A stretch of DNA of 64,000 nt from Candidatus Krumholzibacteriota bacterium (lineage in GTDB: Bacteria; Krumholzibacteriota; Krumholzibacteriia; JAJRXK01): NCBI GenBank assembly GCA_963764625.1, contig CAVXTH010000006.1, positions 736,001 to 800,000 of the forward strand. Reading direction: 5' to 3'. The first letter of the stretch is position 1, and each line of letters opens with the position of its first letter. The notes beneath the pieces are model-generated. The model ran no database searches. It saw nothing but the letters and a program-made list of their open reading frames with translations, and was not told where the DNA came from. This document shows, one piece after another, positions 47,575 through 56,735 of this stretch. Position numbers and translations under genes: made by a program.

Positions 47575-49440
47575 TTAAGACTCCCGTGCGTTCTCCGCCG
47601 CCAGCTCCTGGTCGAGTTCATCACCTTTGTAAGCCTCGCCCGCCGCGAGTTCTTCCTCGGTGAGTTCGCGCTTGGGATGAGCTTCGATGTAGGCTTCGAG
47701 TTCGCCTTCGTGCTTCGCGAAATACTCCTGGGCGGAGAGCACGATCTTGCGATTCTCCACGTCCATCTTGATGACGGTGAGGGGAATTTCCTCGTCGACC
47801 CGGAAGTGCTCCTGGGCTGAGGACATCTCGGGGATCGCGAGTTGCTGCGCCGGCACGAATCCCTCGACCTGATCCTCCACCTCGATGATGGCTCCGTGGT
47901 CCAAGAGACGCATGATCTTGCCATTGCATTCGGTTCCCGCGCCGTACTTCTCCCCCAACTCTTCCCAGGGATTCTCCTGCATCTGCTTGATGCCCAGGCT
48001 GATGCGACGGCGCTCCTGGTTGATGTCCAGAATGACGACATCGACGGTGTCGCCCTTCTTGACGATTTCCTTGGGGTGGCGAATTCGCTTGGTCCAGCTC
48101 ATGTCGGAGATGTGCACCAGACCGTCGATGCCCTCCTCGACCTCGACGAAGGCGCCGAAATCGGTGAGGTTGCGCACTTTGCCCGTGAGCTTGGTTCCCA
48201 CCGGGAAACGCGCCTCGAGAGTCTCCCACGGATCGGGTTCGGCCTGTTTGAGTCCCAAGGAGATCTTCTCGCTCTCCTTGTCGACCTTGAGGACCATGAC
48301 CTCGACATCTTCCCCCAGGGTGACGATCTTCGAAGGGTGACGAACGTTGCGGGTCCAAGACATTTCGCTGATGTGGATGAGACCTTCGATCCCCTTCTCC
48401 AACTCCACGAATGCCCCGTAGTTGGTGATACTGACCACCTTGCCGGTGACGAGCTTACCCTCGGTGTACTTGGCCTCGACGTCCTCCCAGGGATACTCCT
48501 GGAGCTGTTTGAGACCCAGTGAGATTCGTTCGCGGTCGCGGTCGAACTCCAACACCTTCACTTCGATTTCGTCGCCGATGTTCACCATTTCGTTGGGGTG
48601 ATTGACGCGGCCCCAACTCAGATCGGTAATGTGCAAGAGCCCGTCGATGCCGCCGAGATCGACGAAGGCACCGAAGTCGGTGATGTTCTTGACCACGCCC
48701 TTGCGAATCTGTCCCTTTTCCAGCTCGGCGATGAGCTTTCTCTTCTTGCGCTCCCGCTCCTCTTCGAGCACGACCCTGCGGCTCACCACGATGTTGCGGC
48801 GGCGCTTGTTGATCTTGATGATCCGAAACTCGAGGGTCTCCCGCAGCAGCGCGTCGAGATCGGGGACCTGACGAAGCGCGACCTGGGAGCCGGGCAAGAA
48901 CGCGTCCACGCCCATCAGTTTGATAACCAGCCCACCTTTGATGCGCCGATCGACGACGCCGTGGACCACGCGGTGCGTGTCGTACGCCGTCTTGATGTCG
49001 TCCCAGACCATCAAGAAGTCGGCCTTCTCTTTGGACAGGGAAATCAGTCCATCTTGGTTCTCGATCTTCTCCAGGTAGACGTCCAAAAAGTCGCCCACCT
49101 TGATCCGCCCCTGGCCGCGGAATTCGGTGATGGGAATGGCGCCCTCGCTCTTGAAGCCCACGTCGACCAGGACTTCGTTCTCGAGCACTTCGACGACGGT
49201 TCCGTGCACGATGGTTCCCTCGCGAATTTCGCTGAGGGTTCCTTCATATTGTTGGATCATCTCGAGCATCTGCTCGGGAGAATAGACGTCCTCCTCGAGG
49301 AGCTCGGGATTCACGATATCCTTGGGATCGAATTCTGTGGTGACGGTTGCGGCTGGATGCCCCCCGGCGCGGCCCGGTGCGGGGCGGGCGCCAGAGACAA
49401 AAGCTTCCGGTTCGCCCGGTTGGGGTGAAAACTCACTCAT
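47575..49440 (-). CDS. rpsA: 30S ribosomal protein S1
   Basis: Six S1 repeats (KSEG, FLPGSQ, DFGAFV..GG.DGLLH, RISLGLKQ); AGGAGG upstream of ATG 49440. Confidence 0.97.
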   Translation of the reverse strand: MSEFSPQPGEPEAFVSGARPAPGRAGGHPAATVTTEFDPKDIVNPELLEEDVYSPEQMLEMIQQYEGTLSEIREGTIVHGTVVEVLENEVLVDVGFKSEGAIPITEFRGQGRIKVGDFLDVYLEKIENQDGLISLSKEKADFLMVWDDIKTAYDTHRVVHGVVDRRIKGGLVIKLMGVDAFLPGSQVALRQVPDLDALLRETLEFRIIKINKRRRNIVVSRRVVLEEERERKKRKLIAELEKGQIRKGVVKNITDFGAFVDLGGIDGLLHITDLSWGRVNHPNEMVNIGDEIEVKVLEFDRDRERISLGLKQLQEYPWEDVEAKYTEGKLVTGKVVSITNYGAFVELEKGIEGLIHISEMSWTRNVRHPSKIVTLGEDVEVMVLKVDKESEKISLGLKQAEPDPWETLEARFPVGTKLTGKVRNLTDFGAFVEVEEGIDGLVHISDMSWTKRIRHPKEIVKKGDTVDVVILDINQERRRISLGIKQMQENPWEELGEKYGAGTECNGKIMRLLDHGAIIEVEDQVEGFVPAQQLAIPEMSSAQEHFRVDEEIPLTVIKMDVENRKIVLSAQEYFAKHEGELEAYIEAHPKRELTEEELAAGEAYKGDELDQELAAENARES

Positions 49441-49494
49441 CTGACTTTGGTTCCTCCTGGACATGGATTTGCCCGCAGCGGCGGGCAGACGCAT

Positions 49495-49523
49495 AGAATA
49501 GTCCACTTAAAGGGGCTCTGCAA
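49495..49523 (-). promoter_or_regulatory. Sigma70 promoter of rpsA, followed by a leader hairpin
   Basis: Minus strand TTGCAG-N17-TATTCT, then a TGCCCGC-CGCT-GCGGGCA hairpin. Confidence 0.55.
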
Positions 49524-49540
49524 GCGCCGCTTCCGCTGAT

Positions 49541-50893
49541 TCAACGAGCTCGGGCCGCCCGCTCCCTACTCCGCTGCGCCAGTTCCTCGATGCAGGAGAG
49601 CCAGAGGCGCCCGATCCGCTGCTGCACCGCCGCGTGCGACATCGTCTCGTTCAGTACTTTGAGGGCGTGGAGCCGCAACGGGGGTCCGATCCAGACTTCC
49701 AGCCGGTCTCGGCGCAGCAGGCAACTCCACAGCCGGTCGGTCCCCCGCACGAAGACGGGTAGCATGGCCACCCCGCTGCGTTCCAGGAGGATCCCCAGTC
49801 CACGCTTGCCCGGAGCCGGATGACCGCGTGGTTTCCGCGTGCCCTCGGGAAAGAACATCAGGGACCCTCCGCCCTTCAGCGCCGCGATCGCTGTCTCGAA
49901 GGCGGCTTCGTCCCAGCGGCCACGCCGGATCGGAATGGAATCGAAGTGACGGATGATGCGGCCGAAGAGCCCGACGAAGAGCTCGCGCTTGGCCAAGAAG
50001 TGGAGCTCGCGGTCCAGGGCAGAGCCGGCCACCGGCGGGTCGAAATGGGAAATGTGATTGCTGGCAAAGAGCACCGACTCCGCCAGGTCCGCGTTTTCGC
50101 GGCCGAAGACGCGCATCCCGCAGGGACGAAAGAAGACAAAGCGAAGGATCTTCACCGCCCACAGATAGCTCTTCTTGCGGAAGTGGAAGGGCTGCAGCTC
50201 GACCCAGCTCGGGGGGTCGGGCCGACTCGCGGCCGCGAGCTGCGCCACTCTCTCCACCACCTGCTCGAGGCTCATCGCGCTGGTGTCGAGCACGTGCGCG
50301 TCGGGAGAGATGAGAAGAGGGCTGTGCTCGCGTTCGCTGTCGAGCTGATCCCTCCGCTGAATCTCCTCCATCAGCTCGGCCAGGCGCGCGTCGCTCAACT
50401 CCTCTTTTGCCTGGAGGAGGCGGCGCCGCGCCCGTACCTCGAGCGCCGCGTCGAGGTACACCTTGCAGCGCGACAGAGGAAGCACCACTGAACCGATGTC
50501 GCGCCCTTCGAGAACCGAACCGCTCGATGACTGCCGGCACAAGGCCCTCTGGCGCGCCACCATGACCCGGCGAACTTTTAGGTGCGCGGAAACCTGCGAT
50601 ACCCTCTCGGTGACTTCGAGCGAGCGAATCGCCTGGGTCCGGTCCTCTCCGTCCACTACTAGGGTCTCGCCGCCGAAATCGATCTCCATCGAGGCCAGTC
50701 GAGCGCTCAACGCGTCTTCGTCACCGGGCGCGATGTTCTCCCTCAGACTCAAGAGAGTGAGGGCGCGATACATCGCCCCGGTGTCGACGTGAACCAGGCC
50801 GAGGCGACGCGCCACCGCGGCCGCCACCGTGCTCTTTCCCGAGCCGGCCGGGCCGTCGATAGCGATCTGCAGGGGATCTTGGGCCGGATCCAT
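49541..50893 (-). CDS. cmk: Cytidylate kinase fused to 1-acyl-sn-glycerol-3-phosphate acyltransferase (Cmk-PlsC)
   Basis: IAIDGPAGSGKST, DTGAMYR and EGRDIG, then in the same frame SNHISHFD, FLAKREL and FPEGTR. Confidence 0.92.
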   Translation of the reverse strand: MDPAQDPLQIAIDGPAGSGKSTVAAAVARRLGLVHVDTGAMYRALTLLSLRENIAPGDEDALSARLASMEIDFGGETLVVDGEDRTQAIRSLEVTERVSQVSAHLKVRRVMVARQRALCRQSSSGSVLEGRDIGSVVLPLSRCKVYLDAALEVRARRRLLQAKEELSDARLAELMEEIQRRDQLDSEREHSPLLISPDAHVLDTSAMSLEQVVERVAQLAAASRPDPPSWVELQPFHFRKKSYLWAVKILRFVFFRPCGMRVFGRENADLAESVLFASNHISHFDPPVAGSALDRELHFLAKRELFVGLFGRIIRHFDSIPIRRGRWDEAAFETAIAALKGGGSLMFFPEGTRKPRGHPAPGKRGLGILLERSGVAMLPVFVRGTDRLWSCLLRRDRLEVWIGPPLRLHALKVLNETMSHAAVQQRIGRLWLSCIEELAQRSRERAARAR

Positions 50894-52191
50894 CAGCGGG
50901 AAGAGCTCAGCGCGCTCAGGGTCTGAAAGAACTGGGGATCGCTCACACCGACTTCCTCGCTTTCCATCAACTCGCACTGTCCCTGATCGCGTCGCGCCAG
51001 TGCGCCCGTGGCCAGGGCCGCCGCCGCCATCACCATACGATGATCTTTCGCGGGCTGGTAGCGGCCAGGCGCGACCACCTCTCCCCCCGCGATCTCCAGC
51101 GCGTCGCCCTCGACCGTGGCGTCGACACCGAAATCGCGCAAGAGCTTGGCCATAGCCTCCAGGCGATTCGACTCCTTCACTCTCAGTTCGCCCAGACCCT
51201 CCAGGCGGCTCTTGCCCGGGGCAAACGCGCACAACACGGCCAGAGCGGGAATCTCATCGATGAGAGCCGGCACTTCCTCGGCCTTCAGGTGGATGGGCCG
51301 CAAACTGGAAGGAGCCGTCGCCACGAAGTCACCTCGTTCCTCGCCGGCGCTCGGCTCTCTCGCCCCCGCCTCGACCGTGATCCCCATCTTCTCGTACAGG
51401 GCGAGGAAAGCCGTCCGGCGCGGATTGCACAACATCTTCCCCAGTTGAATCCTACTTCCGGGCACTGGCATCGCCGTGGCCAGAATCAGGGCCGCGGCCG
51501 AGGGATCGCCCGGCACCGGCACATCTACGCAGCGCAGACCCTCCACCGCGCGCAGATGAATCCTGGTTCCCCGGGTCTCGATCCGCGCGCCCATGGCCGC
51601 CAGCATCCGCTCGGTGTGGTCTCGCGTGGGCCACGGTTCCTCGATCTCCACCTCCACCCGGCTCGCGGCCGCGGCCAGAAGCAGGCAGCTCTTCACCTGG
51701 GCCGACGCGAGCTCGAGGGTGAAGCGCACCGGCTGCAGTTTAGATCCACTGATGATCAGAGGAGGCGTACGCGCGCCGCTGGGGCCTTCGACCCTGGCGC
51801 CCATCTCGGTGAGCGGCCGCGCGATCCGAGCCATCGGTCTCTTGCTCAGACTCTCATCTCCAATCAGCGTGCTGGTGAAGGGTTGGGCGGCGAGCAGGCC
51901 GGCCACGAGTCTCATGGTGGTGCCCGAATTCCCGCAGTTGAGCGCGTCGGTCGCGGGACGAAAGCGTCCCGCGCGCCCTTCGATGGTGAAGTGTTCGCCG
52001 CTCTCTTTGATGACCACGCCCAGCTTGCGCAACACCTCGCGGGTCGAGCCGAGATCGAGGCCACGATTGGAGGAACTCACGAGGGCCGTGCCCTCCCCCA
52101 GGGCGTTGAGCAGGAACGCGCGGTGGCTGATGGATTTGTCGCCCGGAAGCACGACGCTTCCGCGCAAGGGGCCCACGGGCTTTTGCACCAC
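50893..52191 (-). CDS. aroA: EPSP synthase
   Basis: PGDKSISHR, GNSGTTMRL, GDESLSKRPM, SAQVKS, RDHTERM, IDEIP, ELRVKESNR, DHR. Confidence 0.97.
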   Translation of the reverse strand: MVQKPVGPLRGSVVLPGDKSISHRAFLLNALGEGTALVSSSNRGLDLGSTREVLRKLGVVIKESGEHFTIEGRAGRFRPATDALNCGNSGTTMRLVAGLLAAQPFTSTLIGDESLSKRPMARIARPLTEMGARVEGPSGARTPPLIISGSKLQPVRFTLELASAQVKSCLLLAAAASRVEVEIEEPWPTRDHTERMLAAMGARIETRGTRIHLRAVEGLRCVDVPVPGDPSAAALILATAMPVPGSRIQLGKMLCNPRRTAFLALYEKMGITVEAGAREPSAGEERGDFVATAPSSLRPIHLKAEEVPALIDEIPALAVLCAFAPGKSRLEGLGELRVKESNRLEAMAKLLRDFGVDATVEGDALEIAGGEVVAPGRYQPAKDHRMVMAAAALATGALARRDQGQCELMESEEVGVSDPQFFQTLSALSSSR

Positions 52192-52199
52192 CTGAGAGT

Positions 52200-53318
52200 T
52201 CAGGATTGGTCCTCCCCGCGTAGGACGCGGCCCAAGGCGACCAGATAGAACTCGTTCTCGTCTTCGGTCCCGGTGTTCACGCGGAAGGATCTCTCCGGCA
52301 TGCCGAAGGGCTGCATCGGCCGCACGATGACTCCCTCACGCAGAAGCCTCTCGAAGAGATTGGGGACGAGCTGGGGCACGGTGGCCAGGTAGAAGTTGGT
52401 CTGGGAGGGCAGCACCGCCACCCCGAGTTCCTCCATCCCTTCACGCAGACGGCGCATCCGGCGTTGATTCTGCGCCCGCCTCTCGGCGACCCGCTCCCGG
52501 CAGGTGATCGCCTTGGCGGCGGCGGCCTGCGCGAGACGATTCACGTTGAAGGGCTGGCGCACGCGGTGCAGAAGAGCGACGATCTCCTCGCTTCCCAGGA
52601 GATAGCCGATGCGAAGCCCGGCCAGTGAGTAGCCCTTGGAGAACGAGCGCAGCGCAACCAGGTTGGGATGTTCCTCGCGCAACTTCGACCAGTCGGGAAA
52701 GTCCTCCGCCGTCACGAACTCCAGGTACGGTTCGTCCAGGGCCACCACGACCTCGCTCGGCACGCGCTTCAAGAAGGCCGCCAGCTGATCGTGGGTCACG
52801 TAGCTTGCGGTGGGATTGTTGGGATTGCAGATGAAGATGAGCCGGGTCTTCTCAGTGATCGCTTCCGCCATGGCGTTCAGATCGTGGACCCATTGCGCGT
52901 CGAGAGGAACGGCGCGACCCACCTCGAAATGAGTCTGCGCGATGAGACCGTAGATGGGAAAGCTGGGTTTCGCGTAGAGGACTTCATGTCCCGGCTCGAC
53001 CAACAGATGAATCAGAAGCTCCAAGATCTCGTTATTCCCGTTGCCGAAGAACACCTCGCTCTGGGACAGTCCGTAGAACTGCGCCACCGCTTGTCCCACC
53101 TCGAAGCAACCAGGGTCTGGATAGCGATTCAGATTCCCCACTTCACGCTGCAGGGCCTCGATCACTTCGGGAAAAGGACCGTCCGGGTATTCGTTACTGG
53201 CCAGTTTCACGATTCTGGGAATGCCCAGTTCGCGTCGCACCGTCTCAATGGGTTTTCCGGGTTGATACGGCGTGAGGTTCTTGACCGCCACACGCACTCG
53301 CTCGGAGATTGCACTCAT
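52200..53318 (-). CDS. hisC: Histidinol-phosphate aminotransferase
   Basis: YQPGKP, KLASNE, RYPD, CNPNNPT, RSFSKGYSLAGLRIGY. Confidence 0.93.
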   Translation of the reverse strand: MSAISERVRVAVKNLTPYQPGKPIETVRRELGIPRIVKLASNEYPDGPFPEVIEALQREVGNLNRYPDPGCFEVGQAVAQFYGLSQSEVFFGNGNNEILELLIHLLVEPGHEVLYAKPSFPIYGLIAQTHFEVGRAVPLDAQWVHDLNAMAEAITEKTRLIFICNPNNPTASYVTHDQLAAFLKRVPSEVVVALDEPYLEFVTAEDFPDWSKLREEHPNLVALRSFSKGYSLAGLRIGYLLGSEEIVALLHRVRQPFNVNRLAQAAAAKAITCRERVAERRAQNQRRMRRLREGMEELGVAVLPSQTNFYLATVPQLVPNLFERLLREGVIVRPMQPFGMPERSFRVNTGTEDENEFYLVALGRVLRGEDQS

Positions 53319-53374
53319 GGTTCGCACCTCGGGGAATGACGCCTCCGCTAAACTAGACGGCGCCCTCCCGTGGG

Positions 53375-54109
53375 TCAATGCGGCGGAATTCTCGCGGCGT
53401 TCTCGAGCTTCTCGAGCTCGGTTCCGAGCACTTCCCGCGCCGCTCCGGGCGCAAGCTCTCCCAGCTCCACCGGGCCGATGGCTTCACGCTGCAGTTCCAG
53501 GACCTCGCGGCCAAGGGCCGCGCACATCCGGCGAATCTGCCGCGTGCGCCCCTCTCGCAACTCCACCCTATAGCAAGCGCTTCCTTCGGCCGGGCCGATC
53601 TTGGCCGGCGCGGTGGGACGTCCGTCGAGGCTGAGGCCACTCTCGGCGAACGCGCGCTGCGCCGACGCGGAGAGCTCTCGATCCAGACGAATGCGATAGC
53701 GTTTCCATACCGGATGCGAGGGATGCATGAGGGAATTCGCGAGTTCCCCATCGTCGCTCAAAAGAAGGAGTCCGGAGGAATCCCGGTCGAGCCGACCCAG
53801 ATGGAAGAAACGTCCGTCCAGAAGTTCGGGCGGCAACACATCCAGCAGGCAGGGTGCCTGCCCCTGACGCGCAAGAGAAGAGATGACGCCCAGAGGCTTG
53901 TGGAAGGCGAAGACCCGGCCACTGGTGGCGGCCTCGACCGCCTTCCCGTCCAGTTCCACCCTGTCGTGCCTGGGATCGACTCGAGTCGCGAGTTCGTGCA
54001 CGACTTCGCCGTTCAGACGAATCCTACCCTCGCGGATCAGGTCTTCCACCCGACGGCGCGAGCCCAAACCCGCCTGGGAGAGAAAGCGGTTAATCCGCAG
54101 CGCCTTCAC
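53375..54109 (-). CDS. rluB: rRNA pseudouridine synthase (RluB/RsuA family)
   Basis: S4 domain (GLGSRR), GRLDRDSSGLLLL, EGRTRQIRRM; follows scpB. Confidence 0.9.
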   Translation of the reverse strand: MKALRINRFLSQAGLGSRRRVEDLIREGRIRLNGEVVHELATRVDPRHDRVELDGKAVEAATSGRVFAFHKPLGVISSLARQGQAPCLLDVLPPELLDGRFFHLGRLDRDSSGLLLLSDDGELANSLMHPSHPVWKRYRIRLDRELSASAQRAFAESGLSLDGRPTAPAKIGPAEGSACYRVELREGRTRQIRRMCAALGREVLELQREAIGPVELGELAPGAAREVLGTELEKLENAARIPPH

Positions 54110-54764
54110 TGCGGCTCAAGCTCGCTTCGGAATCGGCGGCTTCGGGCGCCACGTCTTCCAGTGGCTGAGGCGGATTCACGACCGCTTCGAATTCTTCGTC
54201 GGTGATCTCTTCGCCCAGGATGACCGCGAGCTGCTTGATCTCCTCTTTCTCCGCGAGAAGGTCCTCGAGCTCGCTCAAGCGCGGCAGCTCTTTCAGGCTG
54301 CGCAGCCCCAGGTACTCCAGGAAAATGGAGGTGGTGCCGTAGAGGAGCGGGCTCCCCAGACCCTCCGCCCTCCCCACGATTTCCACCAGCTCGCGCTCCA
54401 TGAGGGTTCCGAGCACGCCCTGGGCCTGGATGCCGCGGATCTCCTCGATCTCCAGCCGCGTCACCGGCTGCTTGTAGGCGATAATCGAGAGCACTTCCAA
54501 CGCCGGCTTCGAGAGCCGCAGCTTTCGGCGACCCTTGTAGAGTCTCTTGACCGTGGGGGCGTATTCCGGACGGGTGGCAATGCTGTACCCCCCGCCGAAT
54601 TCCACGATGGTGAATGCGTGTTCGTCGCGGTCGTATTCGGCCCGCAATTCGTCCAAGGCACTCTTGAGAGCGCTTCGTTCCACCTGGGGAAAGAAGCCCG
54701 AGAGTCGCGCGAGGCTGAGCGGTTGATCGGTCGCAAAGAGAAGAGCTTCGAGCTCACGTCGCAT
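54090..54764 (-). CDS. scpB: SMC-Scp complex subunit ScpB
   Basis: LEALLFA, LSKPALEVLSIIAYKQPVTR.EIEEIRG, LYGTT..FL..GL.SL.ELP. Confidence 0.95.
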   Translation of the reverse strand: MRRELEALLFATDQPLSLARLSGFFPQVERSALKSALDELRAEYDRDEHAFTIVEFGGGYSIATRPEYAPTVKRLYKGRRKLRLSKPALEVLSIIAYKQPVTRLEIEEIRGIQAQGVLGTLMERELVEIVGRAEGLGSPLLYGTTSIFLEYLGLRSLKELPRLSELEDLLAEKEEIKQLAVILGEEITDEEFEAVVNPPQPLEDVAPEAADSEASLSRSEGAAD

Positions 54765-55755
54765 GGCTTGCCTTCTGCTCGACGGTTTCAGTTGGTTGCT
54801 TCGCCCTCTTGCGCTTGGCTCCATTGCCACGGGGGTCCGAGGACTTGGCGACTTCGGCAGGATAGAGCCAGATCTCTCCATAGGGGTCGATCTGGCGCGC
54901 CCACAGAAGTCCTTGGCGGATGAGTTCGAGCATGGCCACGAAGGTCACCACGACTTCCATCTTGCACGAGGCCGAGGTGAAGATCTCGTCGAAGCGAACT
55001 CCCTTGGTCTCGGCGAGCAAACCCTGCAGTTTCTCCGCCTGTTCCTCGACCGTGTACACCATGTTGTAGACGTGGTGCAGCTGATCGCCTTTGAGGGAAT
55101 CGAGGATCTCTTTCACCGAGCCCAACAGATCGAACAAGGACAAACTGAACTCGGCCGGCTCCTGGGGAATCTGATCGCGGAAGGGATATTCGAGGGGCCT
55201 CAGGAAATACTGGCGCCGCTGTTCTTCCGCCTCGGCGAGGGAGTGGGCTGCTTCCTTGTATTTCTTGTACTCCAGGAGACGACGCACCAGTTCGTCCCGG
55301 GGATCCGCACCGTCATCCTCCTCATCCGGTCTCTGGACCGGCAACAGGAGGCGGGCCTTGATCCGCATGAGGGTCGCCGCCATCACCAGAAATTCCCCGG
55401 CGTTTTCCAGATCGAGAGTATGAAGGTCCTCGATGAACACCAGGTACTGTTCGGTGATGTGGGCGATGGGAATGTCGTAGATGTCGATCTCGTCGCGCTG
55501 GATGAGGTACAGCAGGAGATCGAGGGGACCCTCGAAGCGGTCGAGCTGGATGGTGTAGCCCCCGTTCCGGCTGCCTCCGGGAGCCTGACTCGCCTCCCAT
55601 CCGGATACGGCGGAATCACTCTTGACGGCAGCAGCGTTCTCGCCTGCGCGAGGGAGGATCATCGGCGGCTCCAAGACTGCGGTGAGCCCCTGCGCTTTGG
55701 TCCGGGAATCGCCGGCCGAAGCTCCGCTGGGCTCTGGTTGGTGGGGCTTGCGCAA
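54754..55755 (-). CDS. scpA: Segregation/condensation protein A (start uncertain)
   Basis: FEGPLDLLLYLI, DIYDIPI, EFLVMAATL..IKAR.LLP, DPRDELV, TFVAMLEL. Confidence 0.94.
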   Translation of the reverse strand: MRKPHQPEPSGASAGDSRTKAQGLTAVLEPPMILPRAGENAAAVKSDSAVSGWEASQAPGGSRNGGYTIQLDRFEGPLDLLLYLIQRDEIDIYDIPIAHITEQYLVFIEDLHTLDLENAGEFLVMAATLMRIKARLLLPVQRPDEEDDGADPRDELVRRLLEYKKYKEAAHSLAEAEEQRRQYFLRPLEYPFRDQIPQEPAEFSLSLFDLLGSVKEILDSLKGDQLHHVYNMVYTVEEQAEKLQGLLAETKGVRFDEIFTSASCKMEVVVTFVAMLELIRQGLLWARQIDPYGEIWLYPAEVAKSSDPRGNGAKRKRAKQPTETVEQKASHAT

Positions 55756-55779
55756 GCTAGCAGAGGGCGCGCACGCACG

Positions 55780-56733
55780 TCAACCCTCCTCCCTCTTGTG
55801 CCTTCGGGCCCGGGGATGGTGCAAGAGGTGCTGCTCGCGCACGTAATCGCGGTCGAGGTGGGTGTAGATCTGGGTAGTCGCGACACTGCTATGCCCCAGG
55901 AGTTCCTGGACCACTCTCAGGTCCGCCCCGCCCAAAAGGAGATGGGTGGCGAAGGAGTGACGGAGTACGTGGGGCGTGACTCGATCCGCCAGCCCCGCGG
56001 CCCGCGCGTGCTTGCGTAAAATCTTCCACAACCCCACGCGGCTCAATCCGCCTCCGCGCGCGTTCACGAACACTCTCTCCTTCGCCGCCGCCTTGACCAG
56101 AAGAGGGCGGGCCTCGCGCAAGTACTCGATGAGCGCCGCCCGCGCCGGCCCTCCCAGGGGGATCTGTCGTTCCTTGTTCCCCTTGCCCCGAACCCTCACC
56201 AGGGCCTGCTGGAGGTCGACGCCCCGCCGGGGGAGCCCGCACAGCTCGCTGGCGCGCAAACCGCAGGCGTAGAGGAGCTCCAGAATCGCCCGGTCACGAA
56301 CTCCCAGAGGAGTCGAAGCGACCGGGACCTCGAGCAGTCGCAGGACCTCCTCCACCCGGAGGGTGTGGGGAAGTTTACGCGGAAGCTTCGGACCGCTCAG
56401 ATTCTCGGTGGGATCCCGTAAGGCGAGTCCGGCCTCGCTGAGGTAGCGGTGGTAGCCCTTCAGCGTGGAGAGAAGCCGGGACCGGCTCCGCGCGCCCAGA
56501 CCGTTCGCTTCCCGGTGGCTCAAAAAGGACAGCACCAGCTCGCTTCCCACTTCGCTGGGTTCGCGCACTCCCTCGCCTTCAAGATAATCCAGGTAGTCCC
56601 TGAGATCGCGCGAGTAGCTCTCGAGGGTGTTGGGTGAAGCTCCCTGCTCCACGTCCAGCGCCAGAAGAAACGCGTCGCCCGCCAAGAGAAAGGGCGAAGG
56701 TCGATCTCCTTTTGTAGCCGGCAAACGCACCAT
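55780..56733 (-). CDS. xerD: Tyrosine recombinase XerD
   Basis: RDRAILELLYACGLRASEL, GKGNKER, TPHVLRHSFATHLL.GGADLRVVQELLGH, TTQIYTH, HHPRA. Confidence 0.93.
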   Translation of the reverse strand: MVRLPATKGDRPSPFLLAGDAFLLALDVEQGASPNTLESYSRDLRDYLDYLEGEGVREPSEVGSELVLSFLSHREANGLGARSRSRLLSTLKGYHRYLSEAGLALRDPTENLSGPKLPRKLPHTLRVEEVLRLLEVPVASTPLGVRDRAILELLYACGLRASELCGLPRRGVDLQQALVRVRGKGNKERQIPLGGPARAALIEYLREARPLLVKAAAKERVFVNARGGGLSRVGLWKILRKHARAAGLADRVTPHVLRHSFATHLLLGGADLRVVQELLGHSSVATTQIYTHLDRDYVREQHLLHHPRARRHKREEG

Positions 56734-56735
56734 GC

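Noticed and set aside
39550-51232. Long N-terminal extensions in the ORF track for MutS, MiaB, MtaB, the SPOR protein and Cmk
   Set aside because: They are upstream in-frame starts overlapping neighbouring genes; the real starts are coupled to the previous stop codons.
55780-56733. Tyrosine recombinase as a possible phage or island integrase
   Set aside because: Sequence and context (uvrC-xerD-scpA-scpB-rluB) fit housekeeping XerD; no att repeats or cargo genes.
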